Shown: positions 8,160 through 17,051, counted from the first letter of the stretch. The stretch: DNA of 38,438 nucleotides from an uncultured Clostridia bacterium (GCA_947304065.1 CAMZAI010000001.1:1-38438), one strand, 5' to 3'. Notes: generated from the sequence alone by a model not told the origin. Program-made: numbers and translations.

Positions 8160-9440
8160 TCAGACTGCCGCAAATCCTTTCTCGAGATCCGCGATGATAT
8201 CGTCGATGTGCTCGGTGCCGATCGAAAGACGGATGGTGTTGCGGTTGATGCCCTGGTCCTTGAGCTCATCGTCGTTAAGCTGCGAATGTGTGGTCGATGC
8301 GGGATGGATAACCAGGCTCTTAACATCCGCTACATTTGCGAGCAGAGAGAAGATCTGCAGTGCGTCGATGAATCTCCATGCCTCGTCCTGGCCGCCCTTG
8401 ATATCGAAGGTGAATATCGAAGCGCCTCCGTTCGGGAAATACTTCTCGTACAGAGCGTGATCGGGATGATCGGGCAGTGAAGGATGGTTTACCTTTTCTA
8501 CCTTGGGATGGTTCTTCAGGAATTCAACGACTTTTTTGGTGTTCTCGGCATGGCGCTCGAGTCTTAAGGACAGTGTCTCCACGCCCTGCAGGAGCAGGAA
8601 TGCGTTGAAGGGTGAAATGGTGGCGCCGGTGTCGCGGAGCAGGATCGCGCGGATGAATGTAACGAACGCTGCGGGGCCAACGACATCATAGAACGAAACG
8701 CCGTGATAGCTGGGATTGGGAGCCGCGATGTTCGGATATTTTCCGGAAGCCTTCCAGTTGAACTTGCCCGACTCAACGATGATGCCGCCGAGGGTGGTTC
8801 CGTGTCCGCCGATGAACTTGGTAGCGGAATGAACTACGATGTCAGCGCCGTGCTCGATGGGCCTGATCAGATAAGGAGTACCGAATGTATTGTCCACAAC
8901 TACGGGCAGGCCGTACTTATGAGCGATAGCGGCGATCGCGTCGATGTCCGGGATATCGCTGTTGGGATTGCCGAGGGTCTCGAGATATACGGCTCTGGTG
9001 TCATCCTTGATCGCAGCCTCAACTTCCGCGAGATTGTGCGCGTCAACGAATGTGGTGGTGATGCCGTACTGGGGAAGTGTGTGCGCGAGCAGGTTGTAAC
9101 TGCCGCCGTAGATGGTCTTCTGGGCTACGATGTGGCCGCCGTTGGCCGCAAGAGCCTCAATGGTGTATGTGATCGCAGCCGCGCCCGATGCCAGCGCGAG
9201 AGCGGCGCTGCCGCCTTCGAGAGCCGCGAGTCTCTTTTCGAGAACGTCCTGAGTGGAGTTGGTGAGTCTTCCGTAGATGTTTCCCGCGTCAGCGAGTCCG
9301 AAGCGGTCGGCTGCGTGCTTGCTGTTGTGGAATACATAGGAAGTGGTCTGGTAGATCGGAACCGCGCGTGCGTCCGTAGCGGGGTCTGCCTGTTCCTGTC
9401 CAACGTGTAACTGAAGGGTTTCAAATTTGTAGTTGCTCAT
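8160..9440 (-). CDS. metY: O-acetylhomoserine (thiol)-lyase / sulfhydrylase
   Basis: The N-terminus [32 protein letters not shown] and [11 protein letters not shown] (PLP lysine) are typical of MetY/CysD. The start is the internal ATG (codon 28 of the ORF-track entry), preceded by AAAGGAG. Confidence 0.93.
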   Translation of the reverse strand: MSNYKFETLQLHVGQEQADPATDARAVPIYQTTSYVFHNSKHAADRFGLADAGNIYGRLTNSTQDVLEKRLAALEGGSAALALASGAAAITYTIEALAANGGHIVAQKTIYGGSYNLLAHTLPQYGITTTFVDAHNLAEVEAAIKDDTRAVYLETLGNPNSDIPDIDAIAAIAHKYGLPVVVDNTFGTPYLIRPIEHGADIVVHSATKFIGGHGTTLGGIIVESGKFNWKASGKYPNIAAPNPSYHGVSFYDVVGPAAFVTFIRAILLRDTGATISPFNAFLLLQGVETLSLRLERHAENTKKVVEFLKNHPKVEKVNHPSLPDHPDHALYEKYFPNGGASIFTFDIKGGQDEAWRFIDALQIFSLLANVADVKSLVIHPASTTHSQLNDDELKDQGINRNTIRLSIGTEHIDDIIADLEKGFAAV

Positions 9441-9479
9441 AATCTTTATTCTCCTTTTATTTTGATTTATAATGTAGTC

Positions 9480-9636
9480 ATCTCGCGAACTCTGTTCGCT
9501 CGATGTACGTTTGCTCGGCACTCAGCCGCACTTCGTGCGTCTGCCGTTCGTATCGGTGCAATCACAAGCCTGCGGCTCGTGATTGTACCGATATCGTCCG
9601 GCACTGCTCCGCAGGCTGAGTGCGCTCGCTTATCGC
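9480..9636 (-). promoter_or_regulatory. Structured 5' leader element, copy B, between the attenuator terminator and metY
   Basis: On the minus strand: GCGATAAGCGA (9636-9626) directly after the U-run. A 104-nt branched hairpin is closed by CACTCAGCC/GGCTGAGTG (9519-9622). A 3' block CATCGAGCGAACAGAGTTCGCGAGAT lies at 9505-9480. It is collinear with copy A at 82-169. Confidence 0.4.
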
Positions 9637-9638
9637 GC

Positions 9639-9672
9639 AAAAAGCCCGGGAGCTTATGCTTTACTCCCGGGC
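9639..9672 (-). terminator. Intrinsic terminator inside the metY leader (attenuator)
   Basis: Minus-strand GCCCGGGAG (9672-9664), 11-nt loop, CTCCCGGGC (9652-9644), then U5 (9643-9639). It sits about 200 nt upstream of the metY start. Confidence 0.7.
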
Positions 9673-9700
9673 AAATGGCTTACAATATGCTGATGCAGTA

Positions 9701-9820
9701 TTATTGTTTTTTATCGGGGCGTGTGGATGCACAGTCGGACGCCCCGGCCATTTCTGATGCCCGGGAGATGCGCATTCGACAACACATGACGATATTGGTT
9801 ACGATTGCTGATCTGTTCAT
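9701..9820 (-). CDS. Candidate 39-codon leader peptide MNRSAIVTNIVMCCRMRISRASEMAGASDCASTRPDKKQ
   Basis: ATG at 9820, 7 nt after AAGGAGG (9834-9828). Codons 12-16 are Met-Cys-Cys-Arg-Met. The ORF contains the upstream arm of an antiterminator. It is too short for the ORF track, so I translated it by hand. Confidence 0.5.
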   Translation of the reverse strand: MNRSAIVTNIVMCCRMRISRASEMAGASDCASTRPDKKQ

Positions 9821-9854
9821 CACGACGCCTCCTTCTTTCAAATAAGTTAATCGT

Positions 9855-9883
9855 AATATAACACTACCCACCTACTATGTCAA
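9855..9883 (-). promoter_or_regulatory. Putative sigma-A promoter of the metY-cysK operon
   Basis: Minus strand TTGACA (9883-9878), 17 nt, TATATT (9860-9855). The -35 lies inside the inverted repeat CACCTA-N9-TAGGTG (9869-9889). Confidence 0.55.
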
Positions 9884-9909
9884 TAGGTGATTTTAAAAAA
9901 TTTTCCCGG

Positions 9910-9939
9910 TTGAATTACCCTATTACCCTGAGGTATAAT
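9910..9939 (+). promoter_or_regulatory. Putative promoter of the Rrf2 regulator gene
   Basis: TTGAAT (9910-9915), 18 nt, TATAAT (9934-9939). The spacer contains the direct repeat TACCCTAT-TACCCT. Confidence 0.45.
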
Positions 9940-9963
9940 AGGTAAATAGGAGGCGTTGATATT

Positions 9964-10365
9964 ATGATTTCTACGAGAGGAAGATATGCGATCAGAGTGA
10001 TGATCGACCTGGCTGAAAACGACAACGGCAGTTATATCCCCTTAAAGGATATCGCTGCCAGACAGGGTATTTCCAAAAAATACCTTGAGATAATAGTTAA
10101 GGATATGGTGGCGGGCGGACTGCTCGTCGGAGCCAGCGGAAAGGGCGGCGGCTACAAGCTCTGCCGCAAGCCTGAGGAATATACGATAGGAGAGGTCATC
10201 GAGCTGATGGAAGGCACGATGGCGAGTGTGGCATGCCTCGAAGCCAATGCCGCGCCCTGCCCGAAGGCGTCCGAATGCCGCACGATCGCGCTCTGGGCCG
10301 AGTACTATAAGCTTACTCAGGATTTCTTTAACGGCAAGCACCTGAGCGATCTGGTCAGGAAATAA
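9964..10365 (+). CDS. Rrf2 family transcriptional regulator with a three-Cys putative Fe-S ligand set
   Basis: The N-terminus MISTRGRYAIRVMIDLA plus a winged helix is typical of Rrf2. Cys pattern C-x8-C-x5-C (VACLEANAAPCPKASEC). RBS AGGAGG. Confidence 0.92.
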   Translation: MISTRGRYAIRVMIDLAENDNGSYIPLKDIAARQGISKKYLEIIVKDMVAGGLLVGASGKGGGYKLCRKPEEYTIGEVIELMEGTMASVACLEANAAPCPKASECRTIALWAEYYKLTQDFFNGKHLSDLVRK

Positions 10366-10383
10366 GGTAAACGGGAGATTCTT

Positions 10384-11670
10384 ATGCACGGAACAACGGT
10401 AAAGGGGACTGTCAGATACACTTTGCTCAATGTCGCGTATTTCGCGGCTTTTTGTACCGTGCACGCGTATGCCGCGGTCTATCTTATCGCAAAGGGTTTC
10501 AGCAACACCGAGGTCGGCGTACTGCTGGCGGTCGCGAATATCGTATCGGCTGTCCTGCAGCCGGTCATAGCCGATGTCATTGACAGGCCGGGGTATCTGA
10601 CGAACAGGCGGTTCATCATGATCTCCGTGCTCGTGATACTGGCGGGCTCGGCTGTACTGCTGTTCCTGCCCGGGAATAAAGCGGTCATCTTCTTTATATA
10701 TGCGCTCATATATATGATACAGTTTGCATATCAGCCCGTGATGACGGCACTCTGCTTCGAGTATCAGAAGGCGGGATGCAGCATAATGTACGGTCTGGCA
10801 CGCGGGCTCGGATCTGCCAGTTTTGCGGTTACATCGATGATCATCGGCGGTATCGTTGAGAGAAGCGGCGTATCGATATTGCTGTGGGTTAATATCGGTA
10901 CGATGATCGTTTCCGCGGTGATCGTTTATATTTTCAAAAAGCCGGAGACGGCCGATAATGACACGGCAGGCACAGATACCGCAGCTGCCGCAGGAAAAGG
11001 CGAACGTGCCGGTGACGGTGAACCGGATAAAGATGGGGCTGCTCAGGCGAATAAAAAGACCTCCATCGCCTCGTTCGTGGGCGCGTATCCCGCGTTCATG
11101 CTGTTCCTTGTCGCAGCGGTCTGCTTTTTCTTTGCCCACAATATGATCAACGATTTCATGATCCGCATCATAAATGAGCTCGGCGGCAATGAAACGGAGC
11201 TGGGCTACGCGACATTTCTGCAGGCGATACTCGAACTGCCCGTTATGGCGCTGATCGCGCTCGTAATTAAGAGGATATCAGCCGAAAAGCTCCTGGTGTT
11301 CTCGGGATTTGCCTTCTTTGTTAAAATACTCATCCTGATCTTTGCGGGATCGATGCCGATGATGTATCTGAGCCAGTCGCTCCAGCTGTTCGCGTACGCG
11401 GTATTCATACCGGCGGGCGCGTATTACGTGAGCAAAACGATGGAGGAATCCGACCAGGTAAAGGGCCAGGCGTTTATCACCAGCGCGATAACGATAGGCG
11501 GAGTTTTCTCAAATCTGGTCAGCGGAGTGATACTTGACCGCTCCGGGATCAGGGCGATGCTGATCACGGGAACGGCGGTCTGCGCACTCGGAGTGCTGAT
11601 CGCGTATATAGCGATGACAAAGCTCCCGCACTGTGCCGGAGCAAAAAAGGATATGAGACATGAACAATAA
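10384..11670 (+). CDS. MFS transporter
   Basis: 428 aa with about 12 hydrophobic segments split by a low-complexity central loop (TADNDTAGTDTAAAAGKGERAGDGEPDKDG). Substrate not inferable. Confidence 0.87.
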   Translation: MHGTTVKGTVRYTLLNVAYFAAFCTVHAYAAVYLIAKGFSNTEVGVLLAVANIVSAVLQPVIADVIDRPGYLTNRRFIMISVLVILAGSAVLLFLPGNKAVIFFIYALIYMIQFAYQPVMTALCFEYQKAGCSIMYGLARGLGSASFAVTSMIIGGIVERSGVSILLWVNIGTMIVSAVIVYIFKKPETADNDTAGTDTAAAAGKGERAGDGEPDKDGAAQANKKTSIASFVGAYPAFMLFLVAAVCFFFAHNMINDFMIRIINELGGNETELGYATFLQAILELPVMALIALVIKRISAEKLLVFSGFAFFVKILILIFAGSMPMMYLSQSLQLFAYAVFIPAGAYYVSKTMEESDQVKGQAFITSAITIGGVFSNLVSGVILDRSGIRAMLITGTAVCALGVLIAYIAMTKLPHCAGAKKDMRHEQ

Positions 11671-12709
11671 GAAATTCAATCTTATCAGCATATGGGTGAT
11701 AACCGGTACGCTTGCGGTGCTTACCGGTCTTCTTCTCATATTCTTTATCGCGTTTTCCGGGTCTTTGAGCAGCCCGCACGATGATGTGACCTACGGGAAA
11801 TACTATGTGCTGATCACGGACAATCCCGGTTCGTCGTTCTGGCAGTCGGTATATTCTTCGGCGCTGGAGGAGGCTAAGGAGAAGGATGCCTATGTCGAGA
11901 TGATCGCTGAGAATCTTTCCGGCGACTATGCAATGACCGATCTCATGGAAATGGCCATCGCCGCGCGCGCGGACGGCATCATCGTGACCGCGGGAGAGGC
12001 AGACGGCATGACAGAGCTTATCGAAAAGGCTTATAAAGCCGGCATCCCGGTGATCACCCTGCTCAACGACAATACCAACTCAGAGCGCCTCAGCTTTGTC
12101 GGAGTGGGCAACTATAACCTCGGCAAGGAATACGGAAAGCTCATAATAGATATGGCCAATTTCAGGGAGTTTGCCGGAGAAACGATAGATGTGACGGTGC
12201 TGCTCGACGCGGGCTCCGAGGATTCGGGACAGAACGTGCTCGCGGCCGCGATCCAGGAGGCCATAGAAAAGGATATCCCCGACGCGGTGGGCAGGCACAA
12301 GCCGATAGCGATCAGCCTCGAGGCTGTTGACGCTTCAAATAATTTTTCCGTTGAGGAGTCGGTCAGAAAGCTCTTTGTCAGCGGAAAAGAGAACATACCC
12401 GATATAATCGTGTGCCTTAACGAGAACGATACGAACAGCGTATATCAGGCCGTTGTAGATTACAACGAGGTAGGCCGCGTAAACATCCTCGGATATTACG
12501 ATTCCGACGCGATCTTAAAAGGCATCGAAAGAGACGTTATCCGGGCGACGCTTTCGATAGATACGGGGCAGCTCGGCAGATACTGCATCGACGCCCTGAC
12601 GGAATATTACGAAACGGGCAATACCAGCCAGTATTTTACCGCGGACAGCTACGTTATAGATAAGACGAACGTCGGTGAATACAGGAAGGGGGAACAGCAT
12701 GATCAATAA
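11660..12709 (+). CDS. Membrane-anchored periplasmic-binding-protein (LacI/RbsB-type) sugar-binding domain protein, probable sensor partner
   Basis: N-terminal TM anchor followed by a type-I PBP fold pattern (DGIIV, GIPVITL, FVGVGNY). Its start overlaps the MFS stop by 11 nt, and its stop overlaps the kinase start. Confidence 0.85.
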   Translation: MNNKKFNLISIWVITGTLAVLTGLLLIFFIAFSGSLSSPHDDVTYGKYYVLITDNPGSSFWQSVYSSALEEAKEKDAYVEMIAENLSGDYAMTDLMEMAIAARADGIIVTAGEADGMTELIEKAYKAGIPVITLLNDNTNSERLSFVGVGNYNLGKEYGKLIIDMANFREFAGETIDVTVLLDAGSEDSGQNVLAAAIQEAIEKDIPDAVGRHKPIAISLEAVDASNNFSVEESVRKLFVSGKENIPDIIVCLNENDTNSVYQAVVDYNEVGRVNILGYYDSDAILKGIERDVIRATLSIDTGQLGRYCIDALTEYYETGNTSQYFTADSYVIDKTNVGEYRKGEQHDQ

Positions 12710-14183
12710 GATCAAGGGTCTCCCCTTAAGGATAAAGATGACCGGCATCTCGCTGGCCGTAAACATGCTGGTATTCATCATCAATATCGTTCTCCTGGTG
12801 GCCATGAACAGGATGTCGGACAGGATCGATACCGTATATAAGGCCAATCTGCAGCTGAACGAGATATCCGCGGCGATCAAGGACGTGCAGGACAGCATGA
12901 CCGAGTATCTGGACACAAAGACCAGCGACTCGCTCGAGGATTATTACCGCAGCGCGCAGAGTTTCGCGGAGATGACCGAGGTGCTCGGCGATGAGATAAC
13001 GGACAGCAGGCTCGGCAGGATGGAGCGTTCCGTGAAAAACATGTCGGCCGCGTATCTTGATGAGGTAGGCCAGACCGTAGACGCGAAACGAGGCAGGAAC
13101 GTAGAAAAGTACAGGACCCGCTACGAGGAGGCCACGCGACTGTACGGCTATATCAACAACTACATATACAGCCTGAACAACGAGCGATTCATGGACAATA
13201 CCGAGAGCTACAGGGAGATGCTCACGGCGTTCAGACGCTTCGAACTGTTCGGAAACCTGATCATGGGAGCGGTTATTTTCACGACCGCGCTGCTGATACT
13301 TAACCTTACGTCAAACCTTATGAGGCCTTTGAGGTCGCTCGCCGGCATGGCGGACGAGGTAGCGAAGGGAAACTTCGAGATCTCCACGGTGCCTGCGGAG
13401 TCGGACGATGAGATAGGCGTAGTGACCAGGGCTTTCAACAAAATGGTCGCCAGCGTTCAGGATTACATCGAGAAAATACGCCAGAGTGCGGAGAATGAGC
13501 GCATCCTTAAGGAAAAAGAGCTGATGATGGAGACACACCTGAAGGACGCGCAGCTCAAATACCTGCAGGCGCAGATCAACCCGCATTTCCTGTTCAATAC
13601 GCTGAACGCGGGCGCGCAGCTGGCCATGATGGAGGGCGCGGACCGCACCTACGAGTATGTGCAGGTCATGTCCGAGTTCTTCAGATATAATGTCAAAAAA
13701 GGCAGCAGGACCGTAACGATCGGTGAGGAGCTCGAGCTCGTCGACAACTATATCTACATCCTGAACGTGCGCTTTTCCGGCGATATCCACTACGAAAAGG
13801 ATATAGACGCCTCGCTGACGGATGTCGAGATGCCCAGCATGATCCTCCAGCCCATCGTCGAAAACTGCGTGAACCACGGTATACGCGAGATGCTCGGTGA
13901 AGGAAAGATAAAGATGAGCGTCTACGCGCTCGATGACACGGCCTGCATAAGGATAGAGGACAACGGAGCGGGCATGGATGAGGAGACCGTAGAACGCCTG
14001 AGGAACGGCCGTCCCGCATCGGATGAGAAAAAGGATTCGAACGGCATCGGAATGGATAATGTCTATGCCCGCCTGAAGCTTTTCGCGGGAACGGACGACT
14101 GCTTCTCGATAGAGAGCGACGGACCCGGCAAGGGCTCGAGGTTCACGATCTACCTCGATATAAAGGGTTCACGGTATCGTTGA
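12699..14183 (+). CDS. Sensor histidine kinase, YesM/LytS-type (HAMP + His_kinase + HATPase)
   Basis: Two TM segments and a HAMP domain (EIGVVTRAFNKM). Phospho-acceptor box QINPHFLFNTLN, N-box NCVNHG, G-box DNGAGM. ATG at 12699 after GAAGGGGG. Confidence 0.9.
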   Translation: MINKIKGLPLRIKMTGISLAVNMLVFIINIVLLVAMNRMSDRIDTVYKANLQLNEISAAIKDVQDSMTEYLDTKTSDSLEDYYRSAQSFAEMTEVLGDEITDSRLGRMERSVKNMSAAYLDEVGQTVDAKRGRNVEKYRTRYEEATRLYGYINNYIYSLNNERFMDNTESYREMLTAFRRFELFGNLIMGAVIFTTALLILNLTSNLMRPLRSLAGMADEVAKGNFEISTVPAESDDEIGVVTRAFNKMVASVQDYIEKIRQSAENERILKEKELMMETHLKDAQLKYLQAQINPHFLFNTLNAGAQLAMMEGADRTYEYVQVMSEFFRYNVKKGSRTVTIGEELELVDNYIYILNVRFSGDIHYEKDIDASLTDVEMPSMILQPIVENCVNHGIREMLGEGKIKMSVYALDDTACIRIEDNGAGMDEETVERLRNGRPASDEKKDSNGIGMDNVYARLKLFAGTDDCFSIESDGPGKGSRFTIYLDIKGSRYR

Positions 14184-14227
14184 CGCACACAAAAGGACCG
14201 GCGGATAGCGGCCGGACAGGAGAAACG

Positions 14228-15808
14228 ATGTACAAGATAATGCTTGCAGATGACGAAGGCATAGTCATCGATTCATTGAAGTTCATAATACAGAAAGAGT
14301 TCGGCGATGACTGTGAAGTGGAGTTCGCAAAGACCGGACGCAATGTCATAGAGCTCGCGGAGACCTTCCGGCCGGATATCGCGGTAATGGACATACAGAT
14401 GCCGGGCATCAACGGCATAGACGCTATGCGTGAGATACGCAAGACCAACGACAAGGTCGTGTTCATAGTCATGTCCGCCTACGATAAGTTCGATTACGCG
14501 AAGGAAGCGATGAAGCTCGGCGCGATCGAATATATCACTAAGCCCATGGAGCGCGGCAGGATCGTATCTGCCCTCAAAAAGGCGATGGTCATGGTCACTG
14601 AGGAGAAGAACCGGCGCTCGAACGACCTGATGATCAGGGAAAAGCTCGAGACCGTCATCCCGATACTTGAAAACGGCCTGATCTACAATATCCTGTTCCA
14701 TGAGTATTTCGACGAGGACATAGACAATTACAAGACCATGCTCGGTCTCCACGCGGAGAACGCCTATATGATGGTGCTGGTATCGGGTGACGCGAAAGAG
14801 GGCAACCATATGACCAACGCCCTCGGCTCGAGCGTTAAGCTGCAGCAGAACTACAGGGAGATACGTGAGTATATCAAGCTGTATTTCAGCGGCATCGTGG
14901 GCTCGGTAATGAGCAACAAGATCGCGGTACTGGTGCCCTGCGACTATGAGGAGATGGAGTACGGCGAGAGAGTCAGGGTCATTACGAACGCGCGCGAGAT
15001 GATACATAAGCTGAGCCATACCATGGACATCGCGTTCAGGGTAGGCATCGGAAAGGTCAACAGGCTGGCCAGACAGGACAATTCCTACAGGGACGCGATC
15101 AACGCGCTGCTGATGACGACCAACACGGTCGCGCATGCCGACGATCTGCCGATAGGCTGCGATTTCGAGGGAGAATACCCGATCGATCTCGAACTGAGGC
15201 TCTTTGAGGAGATCGCGAAGGGGCGCACCGAGGCTGCGCTCAGCGTTGCGAGGGATTTCTTCGACTGGATCAAGACCAAGGACATCATGGATATCCGTCT
15301 CAAGATCCTCGAGTTCGTCATGCGCGCCGAGACCATAGCATACGAAAAGGGACTTACCTATAAGATTGAGGACCGCCGCGATTATCTGCCGACGGTCATG
15401 CGCGCGAACGACGCGGAGAGCCTATGGGAGTGGTTCAAGGACAGGCTGATATTCTCGGGCACGAGCATTTCCGAGAAAAAGACCGAGACGACAAACGATG
15501 TCGTGGAGGCGTCAAAAGCCTATATCGAGGCCAATTACACAAAGAACATCACGCTCGACGACCTGTCGATGGCGGTAAACATCAGCTCGTATTATCTGAG
15601 CCGCATATTCAAGGAAAACACGGGCGAGAATTTCATCGATTACCTGACCAGACTGCGCATAGAGCACGCGAAGGAGCTGCTTTCAACCACTCAGTACTCG
15701 ATGAAGGAGATAGGCGTCATGTCCGGGTATTCGGACCCGAACTATTTCAGCAAGTCTTTCAAGAAAAACGTGGGTGTGACTCCCACGGAGTACAGGGAAG
15801 GCAAATGA
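14228..15808 (+). CDS. Response regulator with an AraC-type HTH output (YesN-like)
   Basis: Receiver domain (MLADDE, DIAVMDIQMPGINGID). C-terminal AraC HTH (YYLSRIFKENTGENFIDYL, GYSDPNYFSKSFKK). Confidence 0.92.
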   Translation: MYKIMLADDEGIVIDSLKFIIQKEFGDDCEVEFAKTGRNVIELAETFRPDIAVMDIQMPGINGIDAMREIRKTNDKVVFIVMSAYDKFDYAKEAMKLGAIEYITKPMERGRIVSALKKAMVMVTEEKNRRSNDLMIREKLETVIPILENGLIYNILFHEYFDEDIDNYKTMLGLHAENAYMMVLVSGDAKEGNHMTNALGSSVKLQQNYREIREYIKLYFSGIVGSVMSNKIAVLVPCDYEEMEYGERVRVITNAREMIHKLSHTMDIAFRVGIGKVNRLARQDNSYRDAINALLMTTNTVAHADDLPIGCDFEGEYPIDLELRLFEEIAKGRTEAALSVARDFFDWIKTKDIMDIRLKILEFVMRAETIAYEKGLTYKIEDRRDYLPTVMRANDAESLWEWFKDRLIFSGTSISEKKTETTNDVVEASKAYIEANYTKNITLDDLSMAVNISSYYLSRIFKENTGENFIDYLTRLRIEHAKELLSTTQYSMKEIGVMSGYSDPNYFSKSFKKNVGVTPTEYREGK

Positions 15809-15830
15809 CCGGATAACGGAGGGGGAACAA

Positions 15831-16880
15831 GTGAAAAGACCGACAGCATTGGCTCTGGCCGCGATCGTGATGATTAGTGTCATGCTCGCGGGCTGCAAGC
15901 CGGGGGAAAAGACCGTTGAGAAAAACGACGGGGCTGAGGACGACCGCATCGAGATCGCGATGAGCTTCGACTCGTTCGTCATCGAGCGCTGGCAGCGCGA
16001 CAGGGACGTTTTCGTTTCTACCGCAAAGGAGCTCGGAGCCACCGTTAATGTCCAGAACGCTAACGGCGACGTTGAGAAGCAAAAGGAACAGATAGAGTAT
16101 TTTATCAAAAAGGGCGTTGACGCCATCGTTATTGTCTGCATAGATTCCGACTCACTGAAGGAGACCGTTCAGAAGGCAAAGGATGAGGGGATCAAGATCA
16201 TAGCCTACGACAGGCTGGTAACCAACGCGAACGCGGATCTGTACATTACCTTCGATAACGAGATGGTCGGCACGATGATGGCCGAGGCTCTGGCAGCAAA
16301 CGGGGCTGAGGGCGGAAACGTGCTGATGCTGCAGGGCTCGCCGCATGATAACAACGTTCCGGCCGTGGAAAAGGGATTTAAGGCAGTCTGCGCCAATAAG
16401 GGAATGAGCATTGCCGACGCCATTTTCTGCGACGGCTGGAGGGCAGAGATCGCGGGGGAGTACATCTATGAGAACGAGGATATCGTAAAGAGCGTTGACG
16501 GCATAATGTGCGGAAACGACAACCTCGCGGGACAGGTTATCAGGGCTCTGTCGGAGAAGAGACTGGCGGGAGAGATACCTGTGGTCGGGCAGGACGCGGA
16601 CCTCGAGGCATGCCAGAGGATAGTCGAGGGCACCCAGGCGATGACCGTGTACAAGCCGGTCGAAAAGCTCGCGAAGCGTGCGGCTGAGTGCGCGATCGCG
16701 CTGGTAAAGGGCGAGAGCATATTCAGCGCCGATCTGTCCACGATAAACGACGGGACCTACGATATCAGGTATATAGGCCTGACGCCGATAGCGGTCACAA
16801 AGGAAAACCTTGATGAGGTCATCATAGGCAGCGGCTTCCATCTGAAAGAGGATGTTTATCTGAACGTGCCGGAGGACTAA
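15831..16880 (+). CDS. Sugar-binding lipoprotein, XylF-like periplasmic binding protein
   Basis: Lipobox LAGC. The type-I PBP pattern (GVDAIVIV, GIKIIAYDRL, VVGQDAD) resembles D-xylose-binding proteins. GTG start after GGAGGGGG. Confidence 0.87.
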   Translation: MKRPTALALAAIVMISVMLAGCKPGEKTVEKNDGAEDDRIEIAMSFDSFVIERWQRDRDVFVSTAKELGATVNVQNANGDVEKQKEQIEYFIKKGVDAIVIVCIDSDSLKETVQKAKDEGIKIIAYDRLVTNANADLYITFDNEMVGTMMAEALAANGAEGGNVLMLQGSPHDNNVPAVEKGFKAVCANKGMSIADAIFCDGWRAEIAGEYIYENEDIVKSVDGIMCGNDNLAGQVIRALSEKRLAGEIPVVGQDADLEACQRIVEGTQAMTVYKPVEKLAKRAAECAIALVKGESIFSADLSTINDGTYDIRYIGLTPIAVTKENLDEVIIGSGFHLKEDVYLNVPED

Positions 16881-16900
16881 TGGTAATTTTTTGCGTTTTA

Positions 16901-16943
16901 AAATGCAGTGCATGACAAAAAAGTGCACTGCATTTCTTTTTTT
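16901..16943 (+). terminator. Rho-independent terminator
   Basis: 12-bp stem AAATGCAGTGCA / TGCACTGCATTT followed by a T-run. Confidence 0.75.
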
Positions 16944-17051
16944 CAAAGGCAAGTGGGTAAAATAATCAAGATTCGTAAAAATTAATTCCTACCGGGGTAT
17001 GGTATGCTTTTTTTGCAACAATTATTCACCACTATTTCAGGAGGGCATTTT

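Noticed and set aside
9462-9845. 127-aa ORF on the + strand in the metY-Rrf2 intergenic region
   Set aside because: It has a TTG start and no RBS. It is antisense to the promoter-proximal metY leader, and its translation is Ala/Arg/Ser-rich, as expected for a random frame through GC-rich structured RNA.
9441-9963. A known riboswitch (S-box/SAM-I, SAM-II/III, T-box) in the 523-bp metY leader
   Set aside because: I looked for the conserved cores: the T-box 14-mer with GGUGGNACCGCG, and S-box GAGGGA/GCCC junction elements. I found none. The only terminator is 200 nt upstream of the start codon, which is not T-box or S-box geometry.
10042-11139. Long antisense ORFs inside well-supported genes (10042..11139, 14273..15136, 16152..16952, 24588..25445, 5982..6644, 22267..22830, 35559..36158, all minus strand)
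   Set aside because: Each is fully overlapped by a sense-strand gene with clear family motifs. The antisense translations are Arg/His/Asp-rich with no motifs or RBS. This is typical of stop-poor antisense frames in moderately GC-rich coding DNA.
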